Program-made: the position numbers and the translations under genes
The notes under the pieces: model-generated
The model's database searches: none
Seen by the model: only the letters and a program-made list of their open reading frames with translations
What the model was told of the DNA's origin: nothing
Part shown: positions 56,697 to 64,000 of the stretch, piece after piece
Layout of the letters: every line of letters starts with the position of its first letter
How positions within the stretch are numbered: position 1 is the stretch's first letter
From: an uncultured Chloroflexia bacterium
Lineage (GTDB): Bacteria; Chloroflexota; Limnocylindria; Limnocylindrales; CSP1-4
Length of the DNA: 64,000 nt
Direction: 5' to 3'
Assembly (NCBI GenBank): GCA_963713975.1
Contig: OY970218.1
Location: 384,001 to 448,000 of the forward strand

Positions 56697-58178
56697 TCAG
56701 CCGCCCCTGACGACCCGTTCGCCCAGCAGCACGAGCTCGTCGCGGAGCTCCGGTGAGCTGGCCTCGGTGTAGACCCTCACGAGCGGCTCCGTGCCGCTGG
56801 CGCGGACCAGCAGCCAGGACCCGTCGGCGAGGAACCACTTGAAGCCGTCGTTGGTGGACAGGACCTGGGTGCGGACGATCGGCTCGCCGGCGAGCTCGGC
56901 GGGCGGCTGGTCGCGGAGCTCGCCCAGGACCCGCGCCTTGACCGCCTCGTACGAGGGACGGTCGAAGTGGACGTCGATGCGGCGGTAGAACGAGGGTCCG
57001 GCCAACTCGTGGAACAGCTCCACGGCTCGCGAGACAGGCCAGTTGCCGCGTGCCTTCTCCCTGAGGAACAGGTCCAGGAGCATGAGGTCCGCGTAGATCC
57101 CGTCGCGCTCGGGCAGGTGCATCCCGAACCCGTAGCCGCCCGACTCCTCGGCCCCCATCATCGCCCCGGTCTCGATCATCCTGGGCCCGATGAACTTGAA
57201 GCCGACCGGGACCTCATGGGTCTCGATACCGTAGTGCTCTCCGAGATGTGCCGCCGTGGAGGTGTTGTTCACGCTGACCACGACGGGATCGCGCATGCCG
57301 CGATGCTCGGCGAGGTAGTACATCAGGAGCCCGGTGACCTCGAGCTGGTGCAGGAACGTGCCACGCTCGTCCGCCGCGCCGGCGCGGTCGGCGTCACCAT
57401 CGAGCAGCAGGCCGAGGTCGTAGGCGCCGTCGGCCATCATCGCCAGCGCCTGGTCCACGTGCGGCCTGATCGGCTCCGGGTTGACGCCGCCGAAGTACGG
57501 GTTGCGCTCGCTGTGGATCTCGGTGACGCGGATCCGGCCACCCGCCAGCAGCCGCGGGATCCAGCCCGAGCCGGAGCCGTACAGCGGCTCGACCAGGACG
57601 GAGGCATCCGCGGCCTTGAGCTCGTCGAGGTCGATCGTCCGCCGCACGAACTGCTCGTACCCATCGAACGGGTCGAACCGCTCGACCATGCCGGCGGCCT
57701 CGGCATCCGCGAACGGACGACGCCCGATGGCCCGGCCGGCGTTGGCGACGATGCCCGCCTCGACGACCGAGAGGATGTCGGCGCCGGCCGCCGCGCCCGT
57801 GGGCGCCTTGATCTTGAAGCCGTTGTCGGTCCACGGGTTGTGCGATGCGGTGATCACGACGCCGGCAGCAGCACCGCGTTGCACGACCTCGAAGGAGCTC
57901 ATCTGGGTGGGCATCGCGGTCTCGCCAAAGGCGACAGGGATGCCGTACGCGAGGAGGACCTCGGCGGCCGCCATCGCGAAGTGCTCCGAGGCGAACCGCC
58001 GGTCGTAGGCGAGGACCACGCCCTTCGCCTCGGCCCCCATGCCCACCACGTAGCGAGCGACGCCGTCCGCGCAGCGGCGCACGTTCTCGAACGTGTACTC
58101 ATCCGCGACGCGAGCCCGCCAGCCGTCGGTGCCGAACACGATGCGGGTAGGAGTGGACGCCTCCACCTGGTTGGTCAC
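56697..58178 (-). CDS. manB: Phosphomannomutase/phosphoglucomutase
   Basis: FGTDGWR, TASHNP, DGDADR, GAEESGG, RASGTEP; coupled to manC. Confidence 0.9.
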   Translation of the reverse strand: MTNQVEASTPTRIVFGTDGWRARVADEYTFENVRRCADGVARYVVGMGAEAKGVVLAYDRRFASEHFAMAAAEVLLAYGIPVAFGETAMPTQMSSFEVVQRGAAAGVVITASHNPWTDNGFKIKAPTGAAAGADILSVVEAGIVANAGRAIGRRPFADAEAAGMVERFDPFDGYEQFVRRTIDLDELKAADASVLVEPLYGSGSGWIPRLLAGGRIRVTEIHSERNPYFGGVNPEPIRPHVDQALAMMADGAYDLGLLLDGDADRAGAADERGTFLHQLEVTGLLMYYLAEHRGMRDPVVVSVNNTSTAAHLGEHYGIETHEVPVGFKFIGPRMIETGAMMGAEESGGYGFGMHLPERDGIYADLMLLDLFLREKARGNWPVSRAVELFHELAGPSFYRRIDVHFDRPSYEAVKARVLGELRDQPPAELAGEPIVRTQVLSTNDGFKWFLADGSWLLVRASGTEPLVRVYTEASSPELRDELVLLGERVVRGG

Positions 58179-59260
58179 GCACGGACCTCCGCTGCGGCGC
58201 ACCGGTCGAGCAGAGCCTGCACGACGGGTCGTGCGGCGCCCGCCGCTCGGAGATGCGCGATGGGTTCTGGGATCCTGATCGTACCTGTCCCGGCCTCCCG
58301 GACGACCAGCCCGTCCGGCCCGCGTTCCACGAGGAGGTCCCCGGCCGCCACGCCGACCGTCGCGCCCGCCTCGACGACACCGCCGTTGATGCCCGACACT
58401 CCGAGCACCTCCAGCAGCGCAGGCCACGTCCCGATGTCGCTCCAGCCGACCTCGAGCCCCGCCATGACGACGTGGCCCGCGGCCCCGGCGGGCTCCATCA
58501 CGGCATAGTCGATCGAACGGGAGGGAAGACCGGCATACGCGGTGGCCAGGTCGCCCGCAGCCAGCCCGGCCGCCACGCCCGCGACCACCTCCGGGGCATG
58601 ACGCTCCAGGGCCGCCCGGATGGCCCTGCGCCGCCACAGGAACATGCCGGCGTTCCAGGCCACGCCGGGCGAGGCGACCAGTGCCTCCGCGTCGAGTGAC
58701 CCAGGCTTCTCGCGAAACGCGGCCAGGGGATAGGCGCGCAGCCCCTGCACGTCCGCACCGTCCTCGACCCGCGGCACGAGGTAGCCGTACTGGGTGGACG
58801 GGCTGGTCGGCTTGATACCCAGCGTGACGAGCGGCGCCTCCACGCCGAACGCGCCCGTGGCCAGGCAGTCCCCGGCCGTCCGCAGCACCGAGCGGAACCG
58901 GACCTCCCGGGCCGGGTCGATCCGGTGGTCGGCCGGCAGGACGATCATGACCTCGTCGTCGTCCCGCTCCACGGCGAGGGTCGCCAGGGCGATCGCCGCC
59001 GCCGTGTTGCGGCCTTCGGGCTCCACGACCACCTCGATGCCCGGCACCTGCTCCCGGACCAGGGGCGCGTACGCCGCCGAGGCGACGACACGGATGTCCG
59101 CGTCCGCCAGGTCCAGCTCGGGCCCGCGCAGGCGTGCAATGGTTCGCTGGAGCAGGGTCTCGCCCGTGGGCAGGAGCGGCAGGAACGGCTTGGGTCGGGC
59201 CGCGGTGCTGAGGGGGCGCAGTCGCGTCCCGCCGCCCCCGGCCATGATCACCACGTACAT
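58175..59260 (-). CDS. manC: Mannose-1-phosphate guanylyltransferase
   Basis: IMAGGGGTRL.PLS..PKPFL, EPEGRNTA, PADH, FREKP, WNAGMF, SIDYAVME, GWSDIGTW. Confidence 0.92.
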   Translation of the reverse strand: MYVVIMAGGGGTRLRPLSTAARPKPFLPLLPTGETLLQRTIARLRGPELDLADADIRVVASAAYAPLVREQVPGIEVVVEPEGRNTAAAIALATLAVERDDDEVMIVLPADHRIDPAREVRFRSVLRTAGDCLATGAFGVEAPLVTLGIKPTSPSTQYGYLVPRVEDGADVQGLRAYPLAAFREKPGSLDAEALVASPGVAWNAGMFLWRRRAIRAALERHAPEVVAGVAAGLAAGDLATAYAGLPSRSIDYAVMEPAGAAGHVVMAGLEVGWSDIGTWPALLEVLGVSGINGGVVEAGATVGVAAGDLLVERGPDGLVVREAGTGTIRIPEPIAHLRAAGAARPVVQALLDRCAAAEVRA

Positions 59261-59401
59261 CCCGGCATTCTACGGGGCGGCCCCCGACCGCACGGCGAAG
59301 CCAGAGCCGATCGGATCATCCGCGCGGGACGGAGGACGTGAGATTCGTACCAACCAATGCCGCACAACACGAAATCCGCATGCTTCGGATGCGACATCGC
59401 G

Positions 59402-59430
59402 TTGACTCGAGGCGGTTCGATCCGTACCAT
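59402..59430 (+). promoter_or_regulatory. Sigma70-type promoter of the pot operon
   Basis: TTGACT-17 bp-TACCAT about 50 nt upstream of the potA start; CGCAT-N7-ATGCG at 59377-59393 just upstream. Confidence 0.7.
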
Positions 59431-59479
59431 CCGGGCACCGCTGAACCTGGCCGCTGGCCCCCGAGCCGAGGATGACCGT

Positions 59480-60724
59480 TTGACGAATACGGCGAAACCC
59501 GACGCATCCCCTGCCTACCACCAGCACGTGGCGGACGGGGAGGCCCCCGCGGCCCACCCGGACACCCTTCGCCACCCCGAAGGGCTCCACGCGGACCACG
59601 ACGCCGTCCCGGACGTCGAGATCCTGGACGTCACGAAGCGGTTCGGCGGCGTGGTGGCGGTGGACTCGATGCGGCTCTCGGTGGCCCGCGGATCGTTCTA
59701 CTCCTTCCTCGGTCCATCCGGCTGCGGCAAGACCACCACGCTGCGGATGATCGCGGGCTTCGAGCAACCGACATCGGGCGAGATCTATCTCGCGGGCGAG
59801 CCGGTGGCGGGCGTGCCCCCGTATCACCGGCACGTGAACACGGTGTTCCAGCACTACGCGCTGTTCCCGCATATGGACGTGGCCCGCAACGTGGGCTATG
59901 GCCTGCGCCAGACGAAGGGCACGTCAAAGGCGGAGGAGGCCCGGCGGGTCGGCGAGGCGCTGGAGCTGGTCCGCCTCAGCGGCTTCGAGCGGCGCCGCAC
60001 CTGGGAGATGTCGGGTGGCCAGCAGCAGCGCGTCGCGCTGGCCCGGGCCCTGGTCAACCATCCCACCGTCCTGCTCCTCGACGAGCCGCTGGGCGCGCTC
60101 GACCTCAAGCTGCGCAAGGAGATGCAGCTCGAGCTCAAGGCGCTGCAGCGGGAGGTCGGGATCACGTTCGTCTACGTGACCCACGACCAGGAGGAGGCGC
60201 TGACCATGAGCGACGTCATCGTCGTCATGCAGCATGGCCGCATCCAGCAGCAGGGCGCGCCGGCAGAGCTCTACGAGCGGCCGGTCAACCAGTTCGTGGC
60301 CAACTTCATCGGCGTGTCCAACCCGATCGAGGGGAAGCTGGTCGAGCACAACCCGGCGACCGGCCGTGCCGTCGTCGAGAGCGAGCGCGGCCTGAGACTC
60401 ACCGGCGTCGTCACCGATCCGGACGCGCGGCCCACGATGGGCCAGCAGGTCGTCATCGCAGTCCGGCCGGAGCGCATGCGCGTTGAGCCGGCGGACCATC
60501 GCGCAGCGGCTCCCGACAACGGATGGACCAGCATCGATGGACGCATCCGCCAGGGCACGTATCTCGGCGAGCAGACCGAGTTCCGCATCAGCACGGACCA
60601 GGCGGGCGAGGTCGTCGCCCGTCGCCAGAACGCCAGCGGCGCCACGGAGACGCTGGGCATCGGGCCCGGTGACCCCGTGGTCATCCGCTGGGAGGATTCA
60701 GCGAACTTGATCCTCGTCGCCTGA
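59480..60724 (+). CDS. potA: Polyamine-type ABC transporter ATPase
   Basis: GPSGCGKTT, NTVFQHYALFPHM, MSGGQQQR, LLLDEPL.ALD.KLR, TOBE C-terminus; TTG start with GAGGA RBS. Confidence 0.9.
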   Translation: MTNTAKPDASPAYHQHVADGEAPAAHPDTLRHPEGLHADHDAVPDVEILDVTKRFGGVVAVDSMRLSVARGSFYSFLGPSGCGKTTTLRMIAGFEQPTSGEIYLAGEPVAGVPPYHRHVNTVFQHYALFPHMDVARNVGYGLRQTKGTSKAEEARRVGEALELVRLSGFERRRTWEMSGGQQQRVALARALVNHPTVLLLDEPLGALDLKLRKEMQLELKALQREVGITFVYVTHDQEEALTMSDVIVVMQHGRIQQQGAPAELYERPVNQFVANFIGVSNPIEGKLVEHNPATGRAVVESERGLRLTGVVTDPDARPTMGQQVVIAVRPERMRVEPADHRAAAPDNGWTSIDGRIRQGTYLGEQTEFRISTDQAGEVVARRQNASGATETLGIGPGDPVVIRWEDSANLILVA

Positions 60725-60749
60725 CGTCCCAGAACCTGGAGGAGCAGAC

Positions 60750-61904
60750 ATGGCCGAGAACCTGGAGGAGATCCTGCAGCGCGCAGCCCAGAACCGCGTT
60801 CCGCGGCGGAGTTTCCTCGCCGCGGCCGGCCTGCTCGGCGGCAGTGCGGCGTTGGCGGCCTGCGGTGGCAGCAGCAGCGCCACGGCGGGGGCGAGCACGG
60901 CTGGCGGCGGTGACGTCGAGAAGCAGCTGTACGTGTACAACTGGTCCGAGTACATCTCGCCCAACAACATCGAGGCGTTCAAGCAGCAGTTCGGCGTCGA
61001 GAAGTTCCAGTACGACATCTTCGCCAACAACGAGGAGCTGCTTGCCAAGCTCCAGGCGGGTGCGACCGGCTACGACATCTCGGCACCGACCGCGGAATAC
61101 GTCCCCGCGATGGTCGAGGGCGGCTACATCCAGAAGCTGGACTGGTCGCGCATCCCGAACGCGCAGTACATCGATCCCGCGTTCAAGGGTCTCGCCTGGG
61201 ATCCCAACGACGAGTGGCAGCTGCCCAAGGACTTCGGCACGACCGGCGTGATGTACAGGTCCAAGCTGGTCAAGGAGCCGCTGACCTCCTGGCAGGAGTT
61301 CTTCGACCTCGCGAAGGGCAAGTACTCGGGCAAGGTCGTCGTCGTGGACTCGATGGGCGACGTGTTCGTGATGCCGCTCAAGATGATGGGCAAGTCGCTC
61401 AACTCAACGGACAAGGCAGACCTCGACGAGGCGCGCAAGATCCTCCTGGACTTCGCGCCCCACGTGCTCGCCCTCGACTCGGACACCTACCAGCTCAAGC
61501 TCGCCAGCGAGGAAGCCGCGATGGCGCTGAGCTGGACGGGCGGTCTCGTCGAGCTGCGAGGAGACCCCGCGACGGCGGACGTCCAGTACATGGTCCCGTC
61601 GGAGGGCACCCTGTTCTGGCTGGACACCTGGGTGATGATCAACGAGGCACCGAACCCGAACGCGGCCTACGCGTGGCTGAACTTCATCCACGACCCGGAG
61701 ATCCAGGCCGAGGAGACGAACTACAACGGCTACGGCACACCCAACGACGAGGCCAAGAAGTTCATCGACCCGGAGATCCTCGCCGACGAGGCGTTCTTCC
61801 CGTCGGAGGCGGCGATGAAGAACCTCGAGGGCGCCGAGGACACGTCGAGCAACCAGCAGCGGATCGACATCTGGCAGGAGTTCAAGTCCGCCATCGGCGG
61901 CTGA
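60750..61904 (+). CDS. potD: Polyamine-type ABC substrate-binding Tat lipoprotein
   Basis: PRRSFL Tat motif and LAAC lipobox; YNWSEYI, NEELLAKL, WDP, PSEG..W.D. Confidence 0.88.
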   Translation: MAENLEEILQRAAQNRVPRRSFLAAAGLLGGSAALAACGGSSSATAGASTAGGGDVEKQLYVYNWSEYISPNNIEAFKQQFGVEKFQYDIFANNEELLAKLQAGATGYDISAPTAEYVPAMVEGGYIQKLDWSRIPNAQYIDPAFKGLAWDPNDEWQLPKDFGTTGVMYRSKLVKEPLTSWQEFFDLAKGKYSGKVVVVDSMGDVFVMPLKMMGKSLNSTDKADLDEARKILLDFAPHVLALDSDTYQLKLASEEAAMALSWTGGLVELRGDPATADVQYMVPSEGTLFWLDTWVMINEAPNPNAAYAWLNFIHDPEIQAEETNYNGYGTPNDEAKKFIDPEILADEAFFPSEAAMKNLEGAEDTSSNQQRIDIWQEFKSAIGG

Positions 61905-61943
61905 TGACACACCCGCGGTGACGAGGCCAAAGCCAGCCCAGCC

Positions 61944-62861
61944 ATGATCAATCCCCCGGTCTCAAACGCGGCCACGCCGCAGAGCGCGGGCAAGCCGCGG
62001 CGTGGCCTCAACGCGCTGCTGACGACGCTGCTCATCGCGCCAGCGGGACTGTGGTACCTGCTGCTGCTCGTGGCACCGCTCGCCATCGTCACCGTGTTCA
62101 GCTTCGGCAACCGTGCCAGGAACGGAGGCTGGGAGCCCGCGTTCACGCTCGACAACTACCTCCTGCTGATCGGCAACCCGGATCGCCTGGCGCCGTTCAT
62201 CACGTCGCTGTGGATGGCGGTCATCGGCACCATCGGCTGCCTGCTGGTCGGGCTGCCACTGGCCTACTTCATCGCCAGCCGCGGCGGCAGGCGCAAGGGC
62301 CTGTTCATCCTGCTCATGGTGATCCCGTTCTGGACGAGCTTCCTCATCCGCACCTACAGCTGGTTGATCGTCCTTGGCAAGGACAACCTGGGCGGCCTCA
62401 TCGGGACGATCATCGGTGACCCCGAGTTCCGGATCCTGGGCACCCCGCTCTCGGTGCTGCTGGGCCTGGTCTACGGCTACCTGCCGCTGATGGTCTTCCC
62501 CCTGTACGTGACCCTGGAGCGGATGGACTGGACGCTGGTGGAGGCGTCCAAGGACCTCGGCGCTGCCCGGTGGGCGACCTTCCGCCAGATCACGCTTCCG
62601 GTGGTCCTGCCCGGCCTGATCACGGGCAGCATCCTCGTGTTCATCCCGATGATGGGCGAGTACGTCATCCCCGCGATCCTCGGCTACGGGCGCACGTTCC
62701 TGATGGGCAATGCGCTGGTCGACGCCTTCATCCAGACCCGCAACTGGCCGTTCGGGTCCGCGATGGCAGTCGGCCTGATCCTGATCATGCTGGTCACCGT
62801 CTCGTTCTACGTGTGGTTCGTGAACCGCGGCAGGAGCGGGCGCGAGGTGAGCGTCCTGTGA
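61944..62861 (+). CDS. potB: Polyamine-type ABC permease
   Basis: IPFWTSFLIRTYSW, YLPLMVFPLY, EASKDLGA, NWPFGSA. Confidence 0.9.
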   Translation: MINPPVSNAATPQSAGKPRRGLNALLTTLLIAPAGLWYLLLLVAPLAIVTVFSFGNRARNGGWEPAFTLDNYLLLIGNPDRLAPFITSLWMAVIGTIGCLLVGLPLAYFIASRGGRRKGLFILLMVIPFWTSFLIRTYSWLIVLGKDNLGGLIGTIIGDPEFRILGTPLSVLLGLVYGYLPLMVFPLYVTLERMDWTLVEASKDLGAARWATFRQITLPVVLPGLITGSILVFIPMMGEYVIPAILGYGRTFLMGNALVDAFIQTRNWPFGSAMAVGLILIMLVTVSFYVWFVNRGRSGREVSVL

Positions 62862-62871
62862 GCGCCACCCG

Positions 62872-63807
62872 ATGACCGCCCCGGCGATCCAGGCGGCCGG
62901 CGCCACCACCCGGCCGCGGCGCCCGAAGGTCGGTGTGGACCACTGGAACGGCGTGGTGGAGCTCTGGCTCCGGGCCCACACGACGCTGGTCTACGCCTTC
63001 CTGTACCTGCCGATCCTGATCGTCGTCATCTTCAGCTTCAACGCCAACCGCCTGGCGACGATCTGGACGGGCTTCTCGGTCGACTGGTACGCGAAGGCGC
63101 TCGGTGACCAGGTCGTCATCGGCGCGCTCCAGAACAGCTTCTCGGTCGCGCTGCCCAACGCCATCCTGGCCACACTGTTCGGGACGATGGCTGCGCTCGG
63201 CCTCCAGCGCGTGCCCAAGCGGCTCCGCCTGGGGTTCGACGCTCTGACCTACACCTCGATCATCGTCCCGGAGATCGTGATCGCGCTGTCGACGCTGGTG
63301 CTGTTCGCCTCCAGCTTCGGCTGGCTCAACGACCTGACCGGACTGCGGCTGCAGCTCGGCATCCCGACGATCATCGCGGCGCACATGCTGTTCAACATCA
63401 GCATCGTCCTGCTGCTGGTCCGCGCCCGGCTGTCCGGCATGGACCGGACCCTGGTGGAGGCGTCGGGCGACCTCTACGCAACCCCCTGGCGGACCTTCCG
63501 GCAGATCACGTTCCCGCAGCTGCTGCCCGCGATCGTGGCGGGCTTCCTGCTGTCGTTCACCTTCAGCTTCGACGACTACGTGATCACGTCGTTCGTGTCG
63601 GGGCCCGGGTCCTCCACGCTGCCGATCTTCATCTTCGGCCAAGTGAAGCGTGGCGTCAGCCCCGAGACCAACGCCGTCGCGACCATGATGCTGGTGATGA
63701 CGCTCGCCCTTCTCGCGATCGGGCAGCTCGTGCTGTCCCGCAACGCGAGGCGCAGCAGCGGATCTGCCGGCGGCGGCATGGCCGGGATGATCGCCGAGCA
63801 GCGCTGA
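62872..63807 (+). CDS. potC: Polyamine-type ABC permease
   Basis: FLYLPI..FSFN, PEIV, EASGDLYA, FTFSFDD, TLPI. Confidence 0.9.
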   Translation: MTAPAIQAAGATTRPRRPKVGVDHWNGVVELWLRAHTTLVYAFLYLPILIVVIFSFNANRLATIWTGFSVDWYAKALGDQVVIGALQNSFSVALPNAILATLFGTMAALGLQRVPKRLRLGFDALTYTSIIVPEIVIALSTLVLFASSFGWLNDLTGLRLQLGIPTIIAAHMLFNISIVLLLVRARLSGMDRTLVEASGDLYATPWRTFRQITFPQLLPAIVAGFLLSFTFSFDDYVITSFVSGPGSSTLPIFIFGQVKRGVSPETNAVATMMLVMTLALLAIGQLVLSRNARRSSGSAGGGMAGMIAEQR

Positions 63808-63825
63808 CCCGGTCCGCGAGGGCGC

Positions 63826-64000
63826 TCAGCCCAGCTCGGGCTCCGGCAGGCCCGCGTCCGCGGCCAGCGCGGCGGCGCGGTCCGTCCGCTCCCACGGCAG
63901 GTCCAGGTCGTCCCGGCCGAAGTGGCCGTAGGCGGCCGTCTGGCGATAGATCGGACGCAGCAGGTCCAGGGCCTCGATGATCCGGGCGGGCCGCAGGTCG
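63826..64000 (-). CDS. metK: S-adenosylmethionine synthetase, C-terminal part (start outside the window)
   Basis: [40 protein letters not shown]...ELG*. Confidence 0.93.
   Translation of the reverse strand, partial: DLRPARIIEALDLLRPIYRQTAAYGHFGRDDLDLPWERTDRAAALAADAGLPEPELG

Overview
High-GC bacterial chromosomal window of mostly core genes. It is probably Chloroflexota, possibly the Limnocylindria/Ellin6529 lineage; this is an inference from gene content such as the small SWIM-finger protein. In order it contains: (1) a Wzx/Wzy-type surface polysaccharide locus (WecC-like dehydrogenase, wecB, secreted beta-helix protein, TagA/WecG GT, flippase, GT4, Wzy-like protein, pyruvyltransferase, priming GT, LCP); (2) a ~13 kb minus-strand run lysC-birA-ECF sigma-putative anti-sigma-accD-accA-accB-like-accC-fabZ-phosphoesterase-fabF-accB-fabH-fabG-rfbC; (3) hom-thrC-thrB, trpS, an AI-2E transporter and surE; (4) an amine-catabolism-like region with two phytoene-desaturase-like flavoproteins, a kinase-M23-PLP lyase fusion and a GcvT-like protein; (5) a cobalamin riboswitch and B12 ABC transporter; (6) a small accessory patch and a secreted three-gene operon; (7) manB-manC, a Pot-type ABC operon and the 3' end of metK. 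Best leads: a second BCCP paralog that cannot be biotinylated (EAMK replaced by DLLG, like plant BADC) inside an acc/fab operon that also embeds an ECF sigma/anti-sigma pair; a shared TGCAT-N7-ATGCA operator linking the flavoprotein pair, the GcvT-like gene and perhaps the Pot transporter; a metzincin-like protein with DExxHxxGxxH; and a recurring leaderless TANNNT-N6-8-start promoter layout. No tRNA, rRNA, CRISPR array or intact mobile element was seen. Start codons were chosen by eye and no database searches were run.
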